Shown one piece after another: positions 27,831 to 43,194 of a stretch of 64,000 nucleotides of DNA. The DNA comes from Chrysomallon squamiferum (Eukaryota > Animalia > Mollusca), in contig CM022666.1 in NCBI GenBank assembly GCA_012295275.1, forward strand, positions 8,246,001 through 8,310,000, in the 5' to 3' direction. Position 1 is the stretch's first letter. Every line of letters starts with the position of its first letter. Under the pieces are notes generated by a model. That model ran no database searches and had not been told where the DNA came from. It worked only from the letters and a program-made list of their open reading frames with translations. A program made the translations under genes and the position numbers.

Positions 27831-30800
27831 TCACTGGTGATGAAAATGTAGACTTGCTTGAGGGCTCTCTGAGACAATGCGAGTGATTTTTTCTGGTCTC
27901 ACAGATCGTGTGAGAAGATATTCTGTGAGACTGACATCCAGTGAGTGCAGATTTGTGAGATGAGTCACTTCCTGTTTGTCAGAGGTCCTCTTCACCTTTA
28001 AATACAACAAATATATTGTTTACTATTTAATACAATATTAATATTTATCTTAAATGTTTAAATTTAGATACAGCAAACGTAGTTCACCTTTTAAAACAAA
28101 CTTATATTTAATTATAATATTTATCTTCCAGTATGTTTAACTTTAAATACAATGTATTGTTTACCTATTAATACAATATTAAATTTTCTTTTAAATATAA
28201 TATTTAACTGTTCATCTTTTAATACAATAAGTTTACATTTAAAAAAGAATACTACATTTATGATTATATATCTTTAATTATAAATACAACAAACATATTT
28301 TTTACCTTTTAAAATTTAATACAATATTGTTTACTTTTAAATACAATACAATGTCTTTAAATATGCTTAACTTTAAATACAACATTCTTTACATTTTAAT
28401 ATACTGTTATGTTTACATTTAAATAGAATACAATATTTATCTTTAAATGTGTTTAAATACAACATACTTTTATGTTTTAATACTGTATTATCTTTACATT
28501 TAAATAAAATACAATATTTATGTTTAAATACAACAAACATTCTTTACCATTTAATACAACAAACACTGTTTACCATTTAATATAATAATTATATTGTTTA
28601 CATATCAGCACAATATGTCATTTATATATATTGCTTCCTTTTAAATACAAAAGAATATTCTTTTTAAATTTATAAAATATTTATCTTTTAATATTAAAGA
28701 GTATATACATTTAAAATTAACAATTTTCATTATTAAAATAAAATAAAATATACTTTTTATATATCAAATTAAATATAATTTACATATTTAATTTTAAATA
28801 CAATATTTTTTTTATTTACTGTTTACATACAACAAAGATGAAATATGAAAAATACTAAAGACACAACATTTGCAATTCATAAAAAGCTGCTGTTTGAATT
28901 TATTTAGATATATAATAATCTGGTTCATTTTAAATACAACACATACAGTTATGATAACAACATATTAAATACAAAAAAAAAGAAAATACTGACATTCAAC
29001 TCAGCTTCATGTTCTGTTTTCGTCTCCAACAGATTTCTTTCATGTTGGTTTTTCTCTTTTGTCAGATTATGTTGCAGCTGTTCTCTGACAGTAAAAATAA
29101 ACATTTTAAAAATTAAAATTATAAAATTTTGACAGTATTAATAAAATAGCACATACACACATGCACACACATACAGACACACATATATATTACAATTAAA
29201 TTAATAATAGGATTTTTAAAATACACAAGAAACATGATAGAAAGATAATTTTAGCTAGTATGTTACATCCTAATTAATAAAAACTTTATAATATAATGTT
29301 TGTTTGTATTAAATAAATATAATAACAAATTAATGTTTCAGTCTGAATATGTAGATCTACAAATCAAAGTGACATGTAGTATGATGTTGTAGTTTTCATA
29401 TAATCCTTAAGTAAGTAATTATAAAGGAAATTCTTTAATTTGAAATTTTCTGTCAAATATGTGTTGTGTGTTTGTATCTATGCATATATATATATATATA
29501 GAAAATATATAATTTAAACAAGAAAATATTAGAAAAAAACCATTCTGATATATATATATATATATAATAAAATAATAATCTATGAAATAATTAAGAAACA
29601 AATATATATATAAACTCACATTTCCATTTTTAAACTGTGATTCACTTCAAGTAACTCCATTTCTTGTTCTGAAACAAAGGGAGATAACAGCATTGAAATT
29701 CAAAAATAGACTACAATTTGACAAAACAAAATTTGATATATAATTTGAAATTTGATTAATATATATATATATAATGATAGATTTATTATATATAAACATA
29801 CATAAACACAAACTTATGGACTAAGAAATTGCAATTGATGAATGTCAAATTTTCTAATTAAATTGTAAAAACCTTTGTTTAGTCGATCTGTTTCATTCTG
29901 AAGTTTGAAGTCAATTAAAGATTGTTCCTGTTCCATCTTTTCATACTGAAAAAAAGTAAATTAAAATTTTAGTAAAATAGATTTGTATCTGTATATGGCT
30001 TGACATGAATGTAGTTTGACATATATGTGTGTTTTGTTACATTATTACCTGTACATTAAACATTCTATCTTTAATAATTTCATTCTGTGCCAGTTCAAAA
30101 GCTCAACAAATAAAAACCAACAAAAAAATCCTTATTGTTCACTTGTTTTCATATAAAGAAACAAATAAAACAATTATGATGATGATAATAATAATAATAA
30201 TAATAAGAAGAAGAAGAAGAATAATAATAATAAAAAAATAAATAAAAAAATAAAAAAAAAAATAAAAAAAAAAAAAAAAAAAAAAAATAAATTAAAATAA
30301 ATAAATTTAAAAATTTATATAAACAATAAAATAATAATAATAAAAAAACACCTAATAAAATAAAAAATGAACATAAAAAAAGAAAGGAAAAGAAAACTAC
30401 CTACCTACCTAACCAAATAAATGAATAAACAAAGAAACAAAGAAACAAACAACTAAATAAATAAATAAACAAACAAACAAACAAACAAAAAAAACAAATA
30501 ACTAAATAAATAAATAAATAAATAAAAATAATATGTAACTAAGTAAGTAAATAAATAAATAAATAAATAAATAAGCAAAACTACTATACCTCAAGTTTTA
30601 ATTCTGTTCTCATCTCAATTGCAACATCGTGCAGTCTTTGTAGTTTGTCATGAGCCAGGTAACCCCGGAACACAACTTTAGATATTTCGTAACCTATGAC
30701 CTTTGACCTGTCAGCTAGCTGTGGATAGTTACTCAGTTCATTCAGTTCACTGGACTGCTCAATAAACTCCATGTAACTAAAACAAATAAAACAAAAATCC

Positions 30801-30891
30801 ATAACAGAGACAAAACCCAGCAATAAAATATTTTTTTTAAAAAGATGCTCAAATGCATGTTGGGAAAAGCTGGGATATGTGTATATATATA

Positions 30892-30981
<90 letters not shown>

Positions 30982-32437
30982 TATATAAATATACATATAT
31001 ATGACCTATATACATTTAGGTTTAGGTCAGAGGTAAAAATATAAAAACGTCAATAAATCTGTTTACAGTTTAAATTAAAATGAATGGCAAGGATACTTAA
31101 GAGGAGGAGAAGTTTTACACACACACACACACACATATATATAATGTAAATAGATATTACTGTTTATTGATAATATATAAAATGTTTTAAAAAAAATACG
31201 ACTTACGTTCTTTTTGCAGCAAATGCTACCACATCAGCACAAAGACAACTGTAATAAAAAATTAAATATTTATAATAGAAGTAATATGTGCATGAACCCA
31301 GATACAAATATACAGACAAAACAAAACACAAAAATACACACACACACAAAAATACACACACGCACTCACACACACACACACACACAACACACGTTGATGT
31401 AGAAATACACATATACATACATACATAAATATACAAACATTACCAGATGCAAAAACACAAACATATACACATACACACATACATACATACAACATATGCA
31501 GACAATCAACATCCAAAAACTACATTTTTTTATTCCTACTTTCCCACCCACACATTTATATACTCTGACTAAATATACTCTTCAGATTTACATACACAGA
31601 ATCTGTTATGATCACAAAAGAAATACAGTTACTAACAAAAGGGAAAAAAGAACAAGCCATGATAAATGATTAACTTACAAAACTTTAGATATTTGCCACC
31701 ACTCTGTATTTTTAACAGTTTTTAGGTGTCAGATACTCCAGTTAGAATATTTGCCACTGAAATTTTACTTACTTGACAAAATCAGCAATTGGGTCTCTTG
31801 TTTGGTTTAGCTGAAAAACAAACCAAAAAGTTGAAAATAATAAATTAATAATGATAATAAATAAATAAATAAATAAATAATTAATAACACCAGCTCTACT
31901 ACTACTACTATTACTACTACTACTACTAATAATAATAATAATAATGATAAATAAATAAAATAAGATTAAAGAGACAAATATTGAATCTAGGTAATATACA
32001 TTTTCTAACATATAACTATTAAAAACAAATCACAGACATTTTCCACATACCATTTTCTCTACATCTGTTAATTCATAAAACATCATCAGCTTCACCCTTA
32101 TTAGAGCATCATCTGCTGTTCTGACTTCATCAACCTTAACAACAACAACAACAACTTCATAAACATAATTATAAATACACATGTATAGACAAAATAAAAA
32201 AATAAACCACTGACCATAACATCCTGAGCAAATTATAACAAATATTAAATGAATTTGTAAGAAAGCAATGATTTGTGAAAATAAAGATGGGAAAATATTT
32301 AGCTAAATTTTACATGTACACCAGATCTTCTGTAATCCATTTCCAATTAATTATACGCACAAAAACAGACTTATATATTTGAAAACACACATACAGAAAA
32401 ACCATCAGCTAATATACATACACATACAAATACATGA

Positions 32438-32483
<46 letters not shown>

Positions 32484-34039
32484 AGACATACACAGATGTA
32501 TAAAACGTAGTTCCTCACATTATAGTAGAACTGGCCAGGAATTATCAACAGTTTTTCAAATTTCAGGTTGCCAGGCAACACATGTGTTTTGTTGTCTGGA
32601 TCTGTACCATGCCAACAAAATTCATGAAGCCTGAAGATTCAAATAAAATTACTATATAAAAAATTAAAAAATTAAACAAACAGTTTAGCATTTTTCATAT
32701 AAATAAATAAATAAAAATTCACCCAAAAAGAAACTTTTTAACAACCAAACACAGTAGCAACAACAGTACTAATCATAAAAACAATAATTAATAAATAAAC
32801 AAATAAATTAGATATTTCAAAATAAAAAAAAAAAAAAAAAATAAGAGTCAAAATTAAAATGGATATATAAATAAGTAAATAAATAAACAGATAGATAGTT
32901 ACAGATAGATAAAGATAGATAAAATAAATAAATAAACAAATAAAGAAAGAAATAGATAAAGAAATAGATAAAATAATAAATAAATAAATATTTTTTATTT
33001 ACAATTAAACAAACAAATAAATAAAAGAGAAAATAAAGACAACTCATATTATACCATTCAAAAGACTGAGGCATGAATTGTGTAGGTCCGTATTTAACAT
33101 ATCGCGTGACGTCGTTTGTTTTCGGATCTTGTCTGTAAACAACAACAGCTTCATTGGCATCAAGGGAAATCATCGGCTTGACACAGAGGGCGCTGTGTTT
33201 TAGAGGATTGTAAAATTTAACGCATGGCCTAAAACAGAAACATTTTTGAATATTAAAACGTATTTAATTAATTTTATTTCTTGTTAATAATAAAACAACA
33301 TCATATGTTTGTCATCAAATAACTGACATTACTGAAAATAATTCAGTTGTTGTTAAAAAATTTGTTAAAATAAAAGGAAAAAAAGAAAAAAGATAATTAC
33401 CCTTTTAAATGTTCCACTGTTCCATTTCTGTATGTAATAATTAGATATTGTTTTTGATCTGCAGAGAATCGGGCCAAACTAATAAATTTTTCTCTCCAAA
33501 GAAACATCTGAAAATAAAATGTATTTTTCAGTATTATAATTAAAGAATTATTTGAAAGTAAATGTAAAGAAAGTAATGTAAATAAATTCAGTTAAAGCTA
33601 ATAATAATAATAATAATAATAATGAATAAAAAATTACATTATTTAAAATAATAATGAAATAAATCAGTTAAGAAGATGAATTTTTAATTGAGAAATCCCC
33701 AAAAATTATCTTTTTATTTTTGCCCTTTGGGGGGCATTTTCATCCTCCCATTTTCCCTTTTGTTATTATTAACCAGAGCCTGAAAATAATATAAAAATAA
33801 AAAAAACAAAACAACATTAAATGATTATTTATCAAATGTTTTCTTTGATTCAGTAAAATACTGCCTTTAAATAAACCTCTCTCTCAAACAAAACAACCAA
33901 TTAAATTATTTAGAAAAGAAAATAATAATAAAGAATATGTAACAATTAAATTATAAGAAAATAAAATAAAAGAACAACATAGATAATAAAAGAAAAGAAT
34001 AATAATAAAGATAATAATAATAATAATAATAATAATACT

Positions 34040-34091
<52 letters not shown>

Positions 34092-34271
34092 CAACAACAA
34101 CATCAAGAACGTATACCAACATTTACGTTGAAAGAAGAAAAACCCAATATAAGAAGAAGATGAAGAAGTCTATACCGATACAATCCTGTTGATATCAGAG
34201 CAGAAGAGTTCTGGTTATAAACAAGAACAAATTACCTGTTCACCCACATCGATTGTCACAAAGCCGATCAT
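27831..34271 (-). CDS. Uncharacterised protein with vault-like N-terminal repeats, SPFH/band-7-like domain and coiled-coil tail
   Basis: Phase-consistent GT-AG exons: 34271-34236, 33507-33401, 33228-33055, 32630-32519, 32134-32051, 31810-31773, 31248-31207, 30776-30590, 29945-29873, 29668-29620, 29084-28994, 27995-27831. Protein reads [12 protein letters not shown]...[12 protein letters not shown]...[22 protein letters not shown]...[19 protein letters not shown]...KVVFRGY...HFHHQ*. The exon structure is solid; the domain call is from recalled motif similarity. Confidence 0.85.
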
Positions 34272-34636
34272 TTTGTCTGGGTTTTTTTTTTTGACAGGTA
34301 AAAAAATTATGACCAGCTCTGTCAGTTAATGAAACCACAAGACGAATGATCTGGAATTCGACATCACAAATTTTCCCTTAAATCATGTTTCTAATGGATA
34401 ATAAACATATAAAAGTTAAACACCTAATCGATCGATATTACAGGTAGGCGCGTCATAACTTACACGACCAAAGCTATTTATATCTCTAACTCATAATAGA
34501 CTATTCAGTCCATTTCCTATTTAGCGTAAAACGTCACATTTGTGCAGCAATAGGTTTAATATAATTATAAATAATAAAAATTAAATAACACTGAATGGCT
34601 TTTTGAACTGAAATTTTATTTCTGAAATAGATCAAC

Positions 34637-34679
<43 letters not shown>

Positions 34680-35619
34680 TTAGTAACGTTTAAAACTTAG
34701 ATGATTAAAAGTAATCGGTCTGATAAGGCAAGCATACATAAGAAAAGTGAAGAAAAGTTCAAGATTCTAAGTATAGTATCCGTGTTGTAAATGCTAAAGA
34801 CTTTTAATTAACTTCTTGTATTATTTATTTAAGAAATACATAATAATGAAGGATGGCTGAATTGTGAAAGGTGGAATTAACCACCAACGCACAACTATGG
34901 CTGCGCCCATTGAAACATACCAGACTTCTTGCGTGTGCTTTTTGACAATGTGTATTTCATCTTTAGATAAAATCGTTAACAAGTATAATGTACAGAAAGC
35001 CGATTTCTAATTATATTTCATGTTTTGTTTAATATACCAGTACTTTCTAAGAGTTTTTGACATTTAACGCTGATTAACCTTTTCAGTCTCTAAAAAATAA
35101 TAATAAAATAAAATTATTTTAATAATCAACATTATCAATGTATGGCTTATTCCTTGTATTGTGACACGTAAGGTTTTATGGAAATATCTACATACTCTTT
35201 CATCTGAATGTAACTACTGAATACTGTAATGTTCTATTCTATAAAATTATTATTACTATCGAAACTATGTTTTCGTTCTGGCTTTAGATATTTTGTTTTA
35301 TGTCACATGTAAACCATGCAGTTTTTCCCTTTTTTCTTATCGAGAAACCTGTACATGAAAACAGTTAAATATCTGAAATGCCGTAATGACACAAATCTGA
35401 TGGTAAAAAAGTAAAGAAAAACTTAAAAAGAGGATGTTTTGTTAAAATAAATTAATAACTTTATTATCTCTCAGAGTCTCTGTCTGCATACATATATACA
35501 TACATACATACATATATATATATATATACACACACACGTATATATTAATGTGTTAGCTAACTACTGTTATTTTATTTTTCCAGTTTAAATAATGTGTAAT
35601 TCAACAACATACTGACATC

Positions 35620-37041
35620 ATGAAGTTTCAGTGTCGCTTATTACTCAATCGAATTTGGCAACATCAAATCAGACGTCAGAATGTATCCACATTATCTCCC
35701 CTTGCTGCTGTTTTTAACACCAAACCGGAGAAGAAATTAAACATCAGCCTAAGACATGATAATGTGGTAATTATGTTTCTTTAAAAAACTACCAGCCCAC
35801 TGCAAATTTAAACTTATATTTTCTTCATAATCTTCACACTGTATTGAAATTTGAAAATTTGAATTGTGAAAATATATATTTGCCAGAAATAAATGATTTG
35901 TTGAAAATAAATGTTTAATTATGAAAAAGCTTTATATTGCTACTATCCTTTATCACTTCTTTTTCCTTATTTTTATTTTATTTTATTTTTTTTGAATATT
36001 GTTCTGTGCAGTAGTATATTTTTAGCACATAGTGTACATTTATAAATAACATTTCACATTTTTAAAAAAAATGGTCAGAGTAACATCAGAGATAGTGATA
36101 CACTGAATACTGTTTCAAAATGCAAAATTTAAAATAATTAAATATTTTAGGTTGTATCTTAAAAAGAAACTATTATAAAAAAAAGTAAGTCATTAAAAAA
36201 AGAAAATATTTTCTTTTCTCAGGGACTATTTTGTTTCCCAGAACTGAAGGACTACACTGGTTTTCACCTTTTGACCCAGGCTGTGACAAACCAAGTGGAA
36301 AGCCTGGTGGAGGAAGTGATGAGTCCGAACAGAAAGAGAAAAGTCGTGGAAATCTTTGATCAACTCTCAGACTGTCTGTGTCGAGTAGCTGACATGGTAC
36401 TTTACTTCTTAACTTATTTTATTTTCTTTTTTATTATTATTTTTTTTATTACATTATTGTTTTATTATACTATTTTTCTAATTTTATTCTTTTTAATATT
36501 TTTTTTTTTTTATTCTATATTATTTTTTTTATATATTATTTTATTATTTTTAAACTTGACATGGTGTGGACTGACTTAATGTGGTTTGAGTTTGTCATTG
36601 TATTCTGATAACTAGATAGATTAGCAGTGGTCATTAAATTAAATATTTCTTCATCTTTTAATCTCAGCCAGGTTTTAATATGATTTATAATACTAAATGC
36701 AGTAATAATAATAATAATAATAATAATAAAAGATGTACTACCAGTACTATTAATAATAACAACATCAACAATAATAATAAAAATTTGAAATTATTAATAA
36801 TAATAGTAATTAATAATAATAATAATAATAATAATGTAGTAAATTGTTTTGAAAGAAAAATCTTAGCTGTAAAAGATTTATTAACTTTCAGGCAGACTTT
36901 GTCCGAGTTTCTCACCCACAGATCGAGTTTGCTCAGGCAGCTGAGGAAGCTTGTATAAAGTTGTCCAGCTTAGTAGAAAAGTCAGTTACTAAAATTTTAA
37001 AATTGTTTATGTTTTCTTAATGTTTAATTATTCAGAATAAA

Positions 37042-37136
<95 letters not shown>

Positions 37137-37967
37137 TAGAAATGAGTCAGAAAGGAATAATGAGAGAAAGAGAGTATAAGAGAGAAATGAAGAGAAAGAA
37201 GGAGATAGAGATAAAGAAAGAAAGAAGAGAGAAAGAGAGAGTACAAGAGTGCATGAGGCAATGTAATGAGCAGGGATAGAAAGAAAGTGAAAGAAAGAGG
37301 GGATTCAAACATCTTGAGTGAACAATGGACAGAGACTGAAAAAAAGAAAAATTGAAGGATAAGGATGGATAGAAAAAAAAAGGAAGGTTAGAATGAAACA
37401 AAAGGAAGGGACATATAAAGTGAGAGAATAAAAATGAAAGTTAAGGCTGACTAAGTAGAGTGAGAGAATGAGAAGGAAAGTTATGGAGGAATAAACAGAA
37501 AAAGAGAACGTGAAGAAATAAACAAGGTGAGAAAGAGACAAATTCTATAATTAATTTTGTCTGTTATTTTTAGTCTCAGTTTCTTGAGTGATAATCGTGG
37601 ATTAACAGATGTATGTTATTTTGTTTTAACAGGTTGAACACTAATGTTGATATTCATCGGAGTCTGAAAAATGTGATAGAAAATGGCGACATTTTACCCA
37701 CTGACGAAGTGGACCACCGAGTCGCAGAATTGTTCATGTTTGACTTCGAGCAGAGCGGAATTCACTTAGAGGAGAACAAAGTAAAGTTTAGTTGTTTTAA
37801 CTTGAAAGTTTATATCTGTAATTAAATAAGTATTAACTGCACTAGTTTTGGTTGTTTTGATTAATTTTAAATGTTTTAGCTTTGCTTTTGTTAGTTTAAG
37901 ACATCAGCTTTTGAAAGCAATGTTTATTAAGAGTAAACAAAATAAAATTACAAATAATAAAATTAAA

Positions 37968-38010
<43 letters not shown>

Positions 38011-38616
38011 ACTATTATTTATGAACTAGATTTTTGCCTTAAAGTCATGTAAAAACACTTGATGAACAATTCTAAAGGTATATAATGGATGCAGTCAATA
38101 AAAAAATATTTCACTTTTTTTTTATTTTTTTTTAGCGACAGATGTTTGTGAAATTAAATGAGAGTATTTTGGTTCTGGGGAGCAGTTTCATGCAGGGAAC
38201 ACACAATCCCACAGTGGTGCCAAAAAGTTCACTTCCTGACAACCTCAAACACTGGTACTTTTTAAATAATATTTTTAACTTCACATACAGCACTGCACGC
38301 AGATTTTCATATCTGGTTATAATTTTGTTTTATTCTATTTCCATTGCTGCTGGCTGTATTATTGTCGTTGTTGTTGCTGTTGTTTTCGTTGTTCTTGTTG
38401 CTGTTGCTTTTGTTCTTGATGATAATGTTGTTGTTCATGCTACTGTTGTTATGTTTATTTTGGAGACTGTGTATTATATAAAAAATAGTTGTTGTAGCTG
38501 ATGTAAAAATGTTGTTGTTTTTCAGTTTCAATGTTGATGGTGACAATGTGTATGTTTCCGGCTTGTTTTCTGAACATTACAGTGAAGCCGTGAGTATATT
38601 GTTGTTACTTTTATTA

Positions 38617-38689
<73 letters not shown>

Positions 38690-41620
38690 AGCTATTATTA
38701 TTGTTATAACCATTGTGATTGTTATTGATATTATCATTGTTATTTTGATTGTTATTATTTTTGTTATTATTTATAAATTTATTTATTTATTTTTATTTTA
38801 AATTATTATTATTTATAATTGTTCTTGATTTATCACTAGTACTGCTAAATTAGTGAATAATTCAAATAAGACATTAATATAAAAATACATTTCATCTTTC
38901 AAGAAATCAATAGTTATAGCATTCATATGTATATATCAAGCATATATTTTGATATATATTAAGTTATGATTTTCAGTGCAAATGGAACAGCTAATATTAA
39001 AATTCTTCTGTTTTTGGAGAAAGTTATGTTTTTTTTTGTTTTATTGGTCAAAAGTTTTTTTAATTTATTATTGGTTTTTTATTTACCTCTTTCTTTTTGT
39101 GTCTGTCTCTGTCCATCTATCTCTCTTTCTTTCTCTCTGTGTATGTGTCTAAATATCATATCATATGACACACACACACACACAAACACAAATATATATA
39201 TATATATGCACATAAATGAGTGTATGTTGGTGTATGTTTGTCACACAAAGGTGAGAGAAGCAGCGTACCGGATCTTCCTCCACCCAGACACACATCAGAT
39301 GGATCTGCTTGATCGACTTCTGTCCGCTCGCTATAAACTGGCCAATCTTGTTGGCTTCCCCTCGTACGCCCACCGAGCAGCCCGGGGGACAGTTCTAGAA
39401 ACACCAGGTACAGATTCTAAAACTTCTGTCTTTGGAAAACAACTCACTGGATGCTTTATTTTCTAAAACAGTCAAATAAGAATGCTAAATGGGAAGTGTG
39501 TTTACACATATTGAAGTGTAAATAAATGTTATGGCACTTAAAATAATTAAATGAAGTGCAAAAACTAAGAATAGATTTGGTGAACTCAGAGAAGTGAAAT
39601 TAAATGTTGTTGCAACTCTTAAAATAAATGAAGTGCAAAATCTCTAAGAGAAGATTTATGAAATATTTTAGCTAACAGAGAAGTGAAATTAAATGCTATA
39701 ACTTTTAAAATAATTAAATGAAGGGGAGTAACTGGAGAACAGATTGCTGAACTGTTTTAACTCAAAGAAGTGAAATTAAATGTTAAATTAACTAAAAAAA
39801 ATATTGGTGAAGTATTTTAACTCTTAAATGAGATGTTATAACTAAAAATATTTAACAAATTGCATTAAATATTCTAGAAGCTGAATAAAGCTGTTTCTTC
39901 AGCAGTCAAAAGAAGAATAAAAAATGTTTTGACACATTGTGAAATAAAATATTTGATATTCTGAATTGTACAATAACTTTGTTTTAAATATTTATGGGTA
40001 ATGATATGAACCAACATTAGTAAACCTGTTTATATCCTTCCAACTGAATGTTTATTTTTTTTATATCATATTTTGATTTTGTACTTAATAAAAAGATATT
40101 GTTTCTTTTCAGAAAATATTCAGCTATTTTTAGACACCTTATCCAACAAAATCAAAGACATGTATGTTGTTATATTATTTTTTATTAAATTATTATTTTA
40201 TTATTATTATGATTTTTTAAATATTTATTTATGTATTTATTTATGTATTTATTTATTTTACTTTAATTAATTTACTTTAATTTATTTAATTTAAATTAAT
40301 TTACTTTAATTTATTTTAATTTAATTTTAATTTTTATTTACTTATTTTATTTACTTATTTTATTTTATTTTAATAAATCAGTTATTAATAAACATTTTTT
40401 CTTTTTGAATGTACTAGAAGGTGTATGTGTGATCAACTAGATAGTTTGAATATCTATATATTTGTTTATTTCTTTCTTTTGTACAGTTCTGTGAAAGAAT
40501 GTGAAATTAAGAGAAAAAAATCTCAATAATATTTTTTTATGTTATCAGTAGTGATAAAAATATTAGTAGTAATGTTTGTTGTAGAGTAATAGTGATATTT
40601 ATAATAATAGTGAAAATAATTGTTGTTGTTGTAGTTGTACTTGGAGTAGTAATAGTGATGGTAGTTGTAGCAGTCTTACCATTATCAGCATTAGTATTTA
40701 ATAATAACAATGTTGTTGTTATTATTATGATGTTTGCTATTTGGTTTTTTTTGGCATTTTTTTTAGGCTTGGATGTTAAACAAAAAACATACAGGCAAAT
40801 ATTACTATTAATGTTATTATTGTTATTGCTTTTATTATTATTATAATTATTATTATTGTTATTATTTTCAGAGCAAATGAGGACTATAAAATAATTTCAA
40901 AATTGAAAAACAACAATGGTGTGATAGAGGTAAATAATTTTACAGCAGACACATTTTAAAAAATAATTAATTTAAATTAATTTATAATTATATATAGCAA
41001 AATATATATACATATAAATTAATTTTTAATAATTATAATAAAATAATAAAATTAATTTATAACCATTTTATATAAGAAAATAATGTTAGTTTAATAATAA
41101 TAAATGTTTTTTTGTTTCAGGATATCAAAGCTTGGGATGTTGCTTATTACACTGCAGTTGGGAGACAGGAAAGGTGAAATAAAAATATTTAATTTTATTA
41201 TTTATTTAATGTTTATTATTTAATATTTATTTCAGCACATGTTTATATATGTATGTACATGTCAATGTGTGTGTGACTGCAGTTATGTTAAGCATATAAT
41301 GGGAGTGAGTTTTCAAGTATTTTACTCCTTTTGTTACAAATATTATTTATGGGAATATCAGTAATTTGTTTCGTTTTCAAAATGTTAATAATAAAAAATT
41401 ACCTTTAATAGGTAAATATAATAAAAATGCAGAAAAAAAGCAAATTTAATAAATAAAAATATGTGTAAATGTATAATAAATAAATAATTTAAATAAATAA
41501 ATGTGTAAATAAACATATAAATAAATCAATAAACTAAGAAACAAATAAATATGTAAATAAATATTTATTTATGAAACAAACTAACAGATAGATAAATAAA
41601 TACATAAGTAAATATACAAA

Positions 41621-41655
<35 letters not shown>

Positions 41656-42219
41656 ATGAACAAAAAACAAACACTCAGATACAAATAAATTAACCTAAAT
41701 AAGTACTGTTAAATAAATAAGTGGAATATTCACAAAATGAATAAAAATTTATTTTACAGATGTGATGTAAACTCAGATGACTTGGCTCCATATTTTTCCC
41801 TCGGAGGTTGTATGGAGGGTCTCAACAACCTCTTTTCCTGTCTGTATGACATCACTTTACAAAAAGTAGAACTCAAACATGGTGAAAGCTGGTCATTTGA
41901 TGTTTACAAACTGGTAAATATACTTTACATCACATAATTAAGAGAAGAAAAAAAAAGTAAATATATAATAATCATATAAAAGTTAAATTTTTATCATGTA
42001 ATGAAGAAAATAGGAAAAAAATACAAAATTATAAATATAACTAACAAAAAACAAAAAGGATGTCATAATCATATATATATATACAGTGGTATCTTGACTT
42101 ACAAGTTTAATTCGTTCTGTACCGAGCTCATATCTCAATTTGTTAGTATATCAAATCAATTTTCCCAATTGAAATTAATTGAAATACCATTAATTAGTTC
42201 CATACCCCCAAAAACCACT

Positions 42220-42254
<35 letters not shown>

Positions 42255-43137
42255 TGTTTTTAAATAAGAAAAATGTATTGATAAATGACAAATACTGTAT
42301 AGAAACAAAATAAAAGAGAATGTAAAGAAATAAACTGGTTTTGTAAAGTGTATTTATCTTGGAGATCAGACAAATTATTTTAACTCCTTTGGCTGAACTT
42401 ACAGCCTTTATCAACTCCTTCAGCTTCAGTATGGTACATATCATAGAAGTACTGCCTAACGAAGTCAACTACATGTTTTTCTATGAATTCAAGCTTTAAT
42501 TCAATGGACATCATCTGCTTCTTCTTCTCAGCACTGTCCTTTGCACTCACTTTCTTAGGATGCAAGGCCAGAAAAAAAAAAAAAAATTGGCTAAATACTG
42601 CACAAAATGTGAGCAGAACACAACAGAGATGCTTCTGCAGTGAGGTAACCATGTGAAACAAATGAGTGGGATGTGGGATGCTGACTGGATGTTGTGTTGT
42701 TCATTGCACCAACTAGTGGTGTTGCATCTGAAACTCACTTGTAACTCGGATTTTGGCTCGTAACTCAAAGCAAAAATTAACTCTGTGACTGCTCTTAACT
42801 TGAAACATTTATAAGTTGGGGCACTCATAAGTCGAGGTACCACTGTATATATATATATAATTTAAAAAAAATTATAATTCAGTTTTACATACTTACATTT
42901 GGTTATTTAAAATTGAAACTGAAATTTTAAACAGACTTTGATGTATATATATATATATTTAAATATCTAAAAGGTTCCATATAATATAATTATTTTATTC
43001 TGAATTTAAAATTTAGAATTAATAGTTTTCTTTATCATTCAACTCTTAATTATTTCTTATCTATATTTCTCTTCATACTTAACCATTTTTCACTCTTTCT
43101 TTGAATTTCCCAATCTTCTCTCTTTCATTTTCTGTTT

Positions 43138-43194
<57 letters not shown>

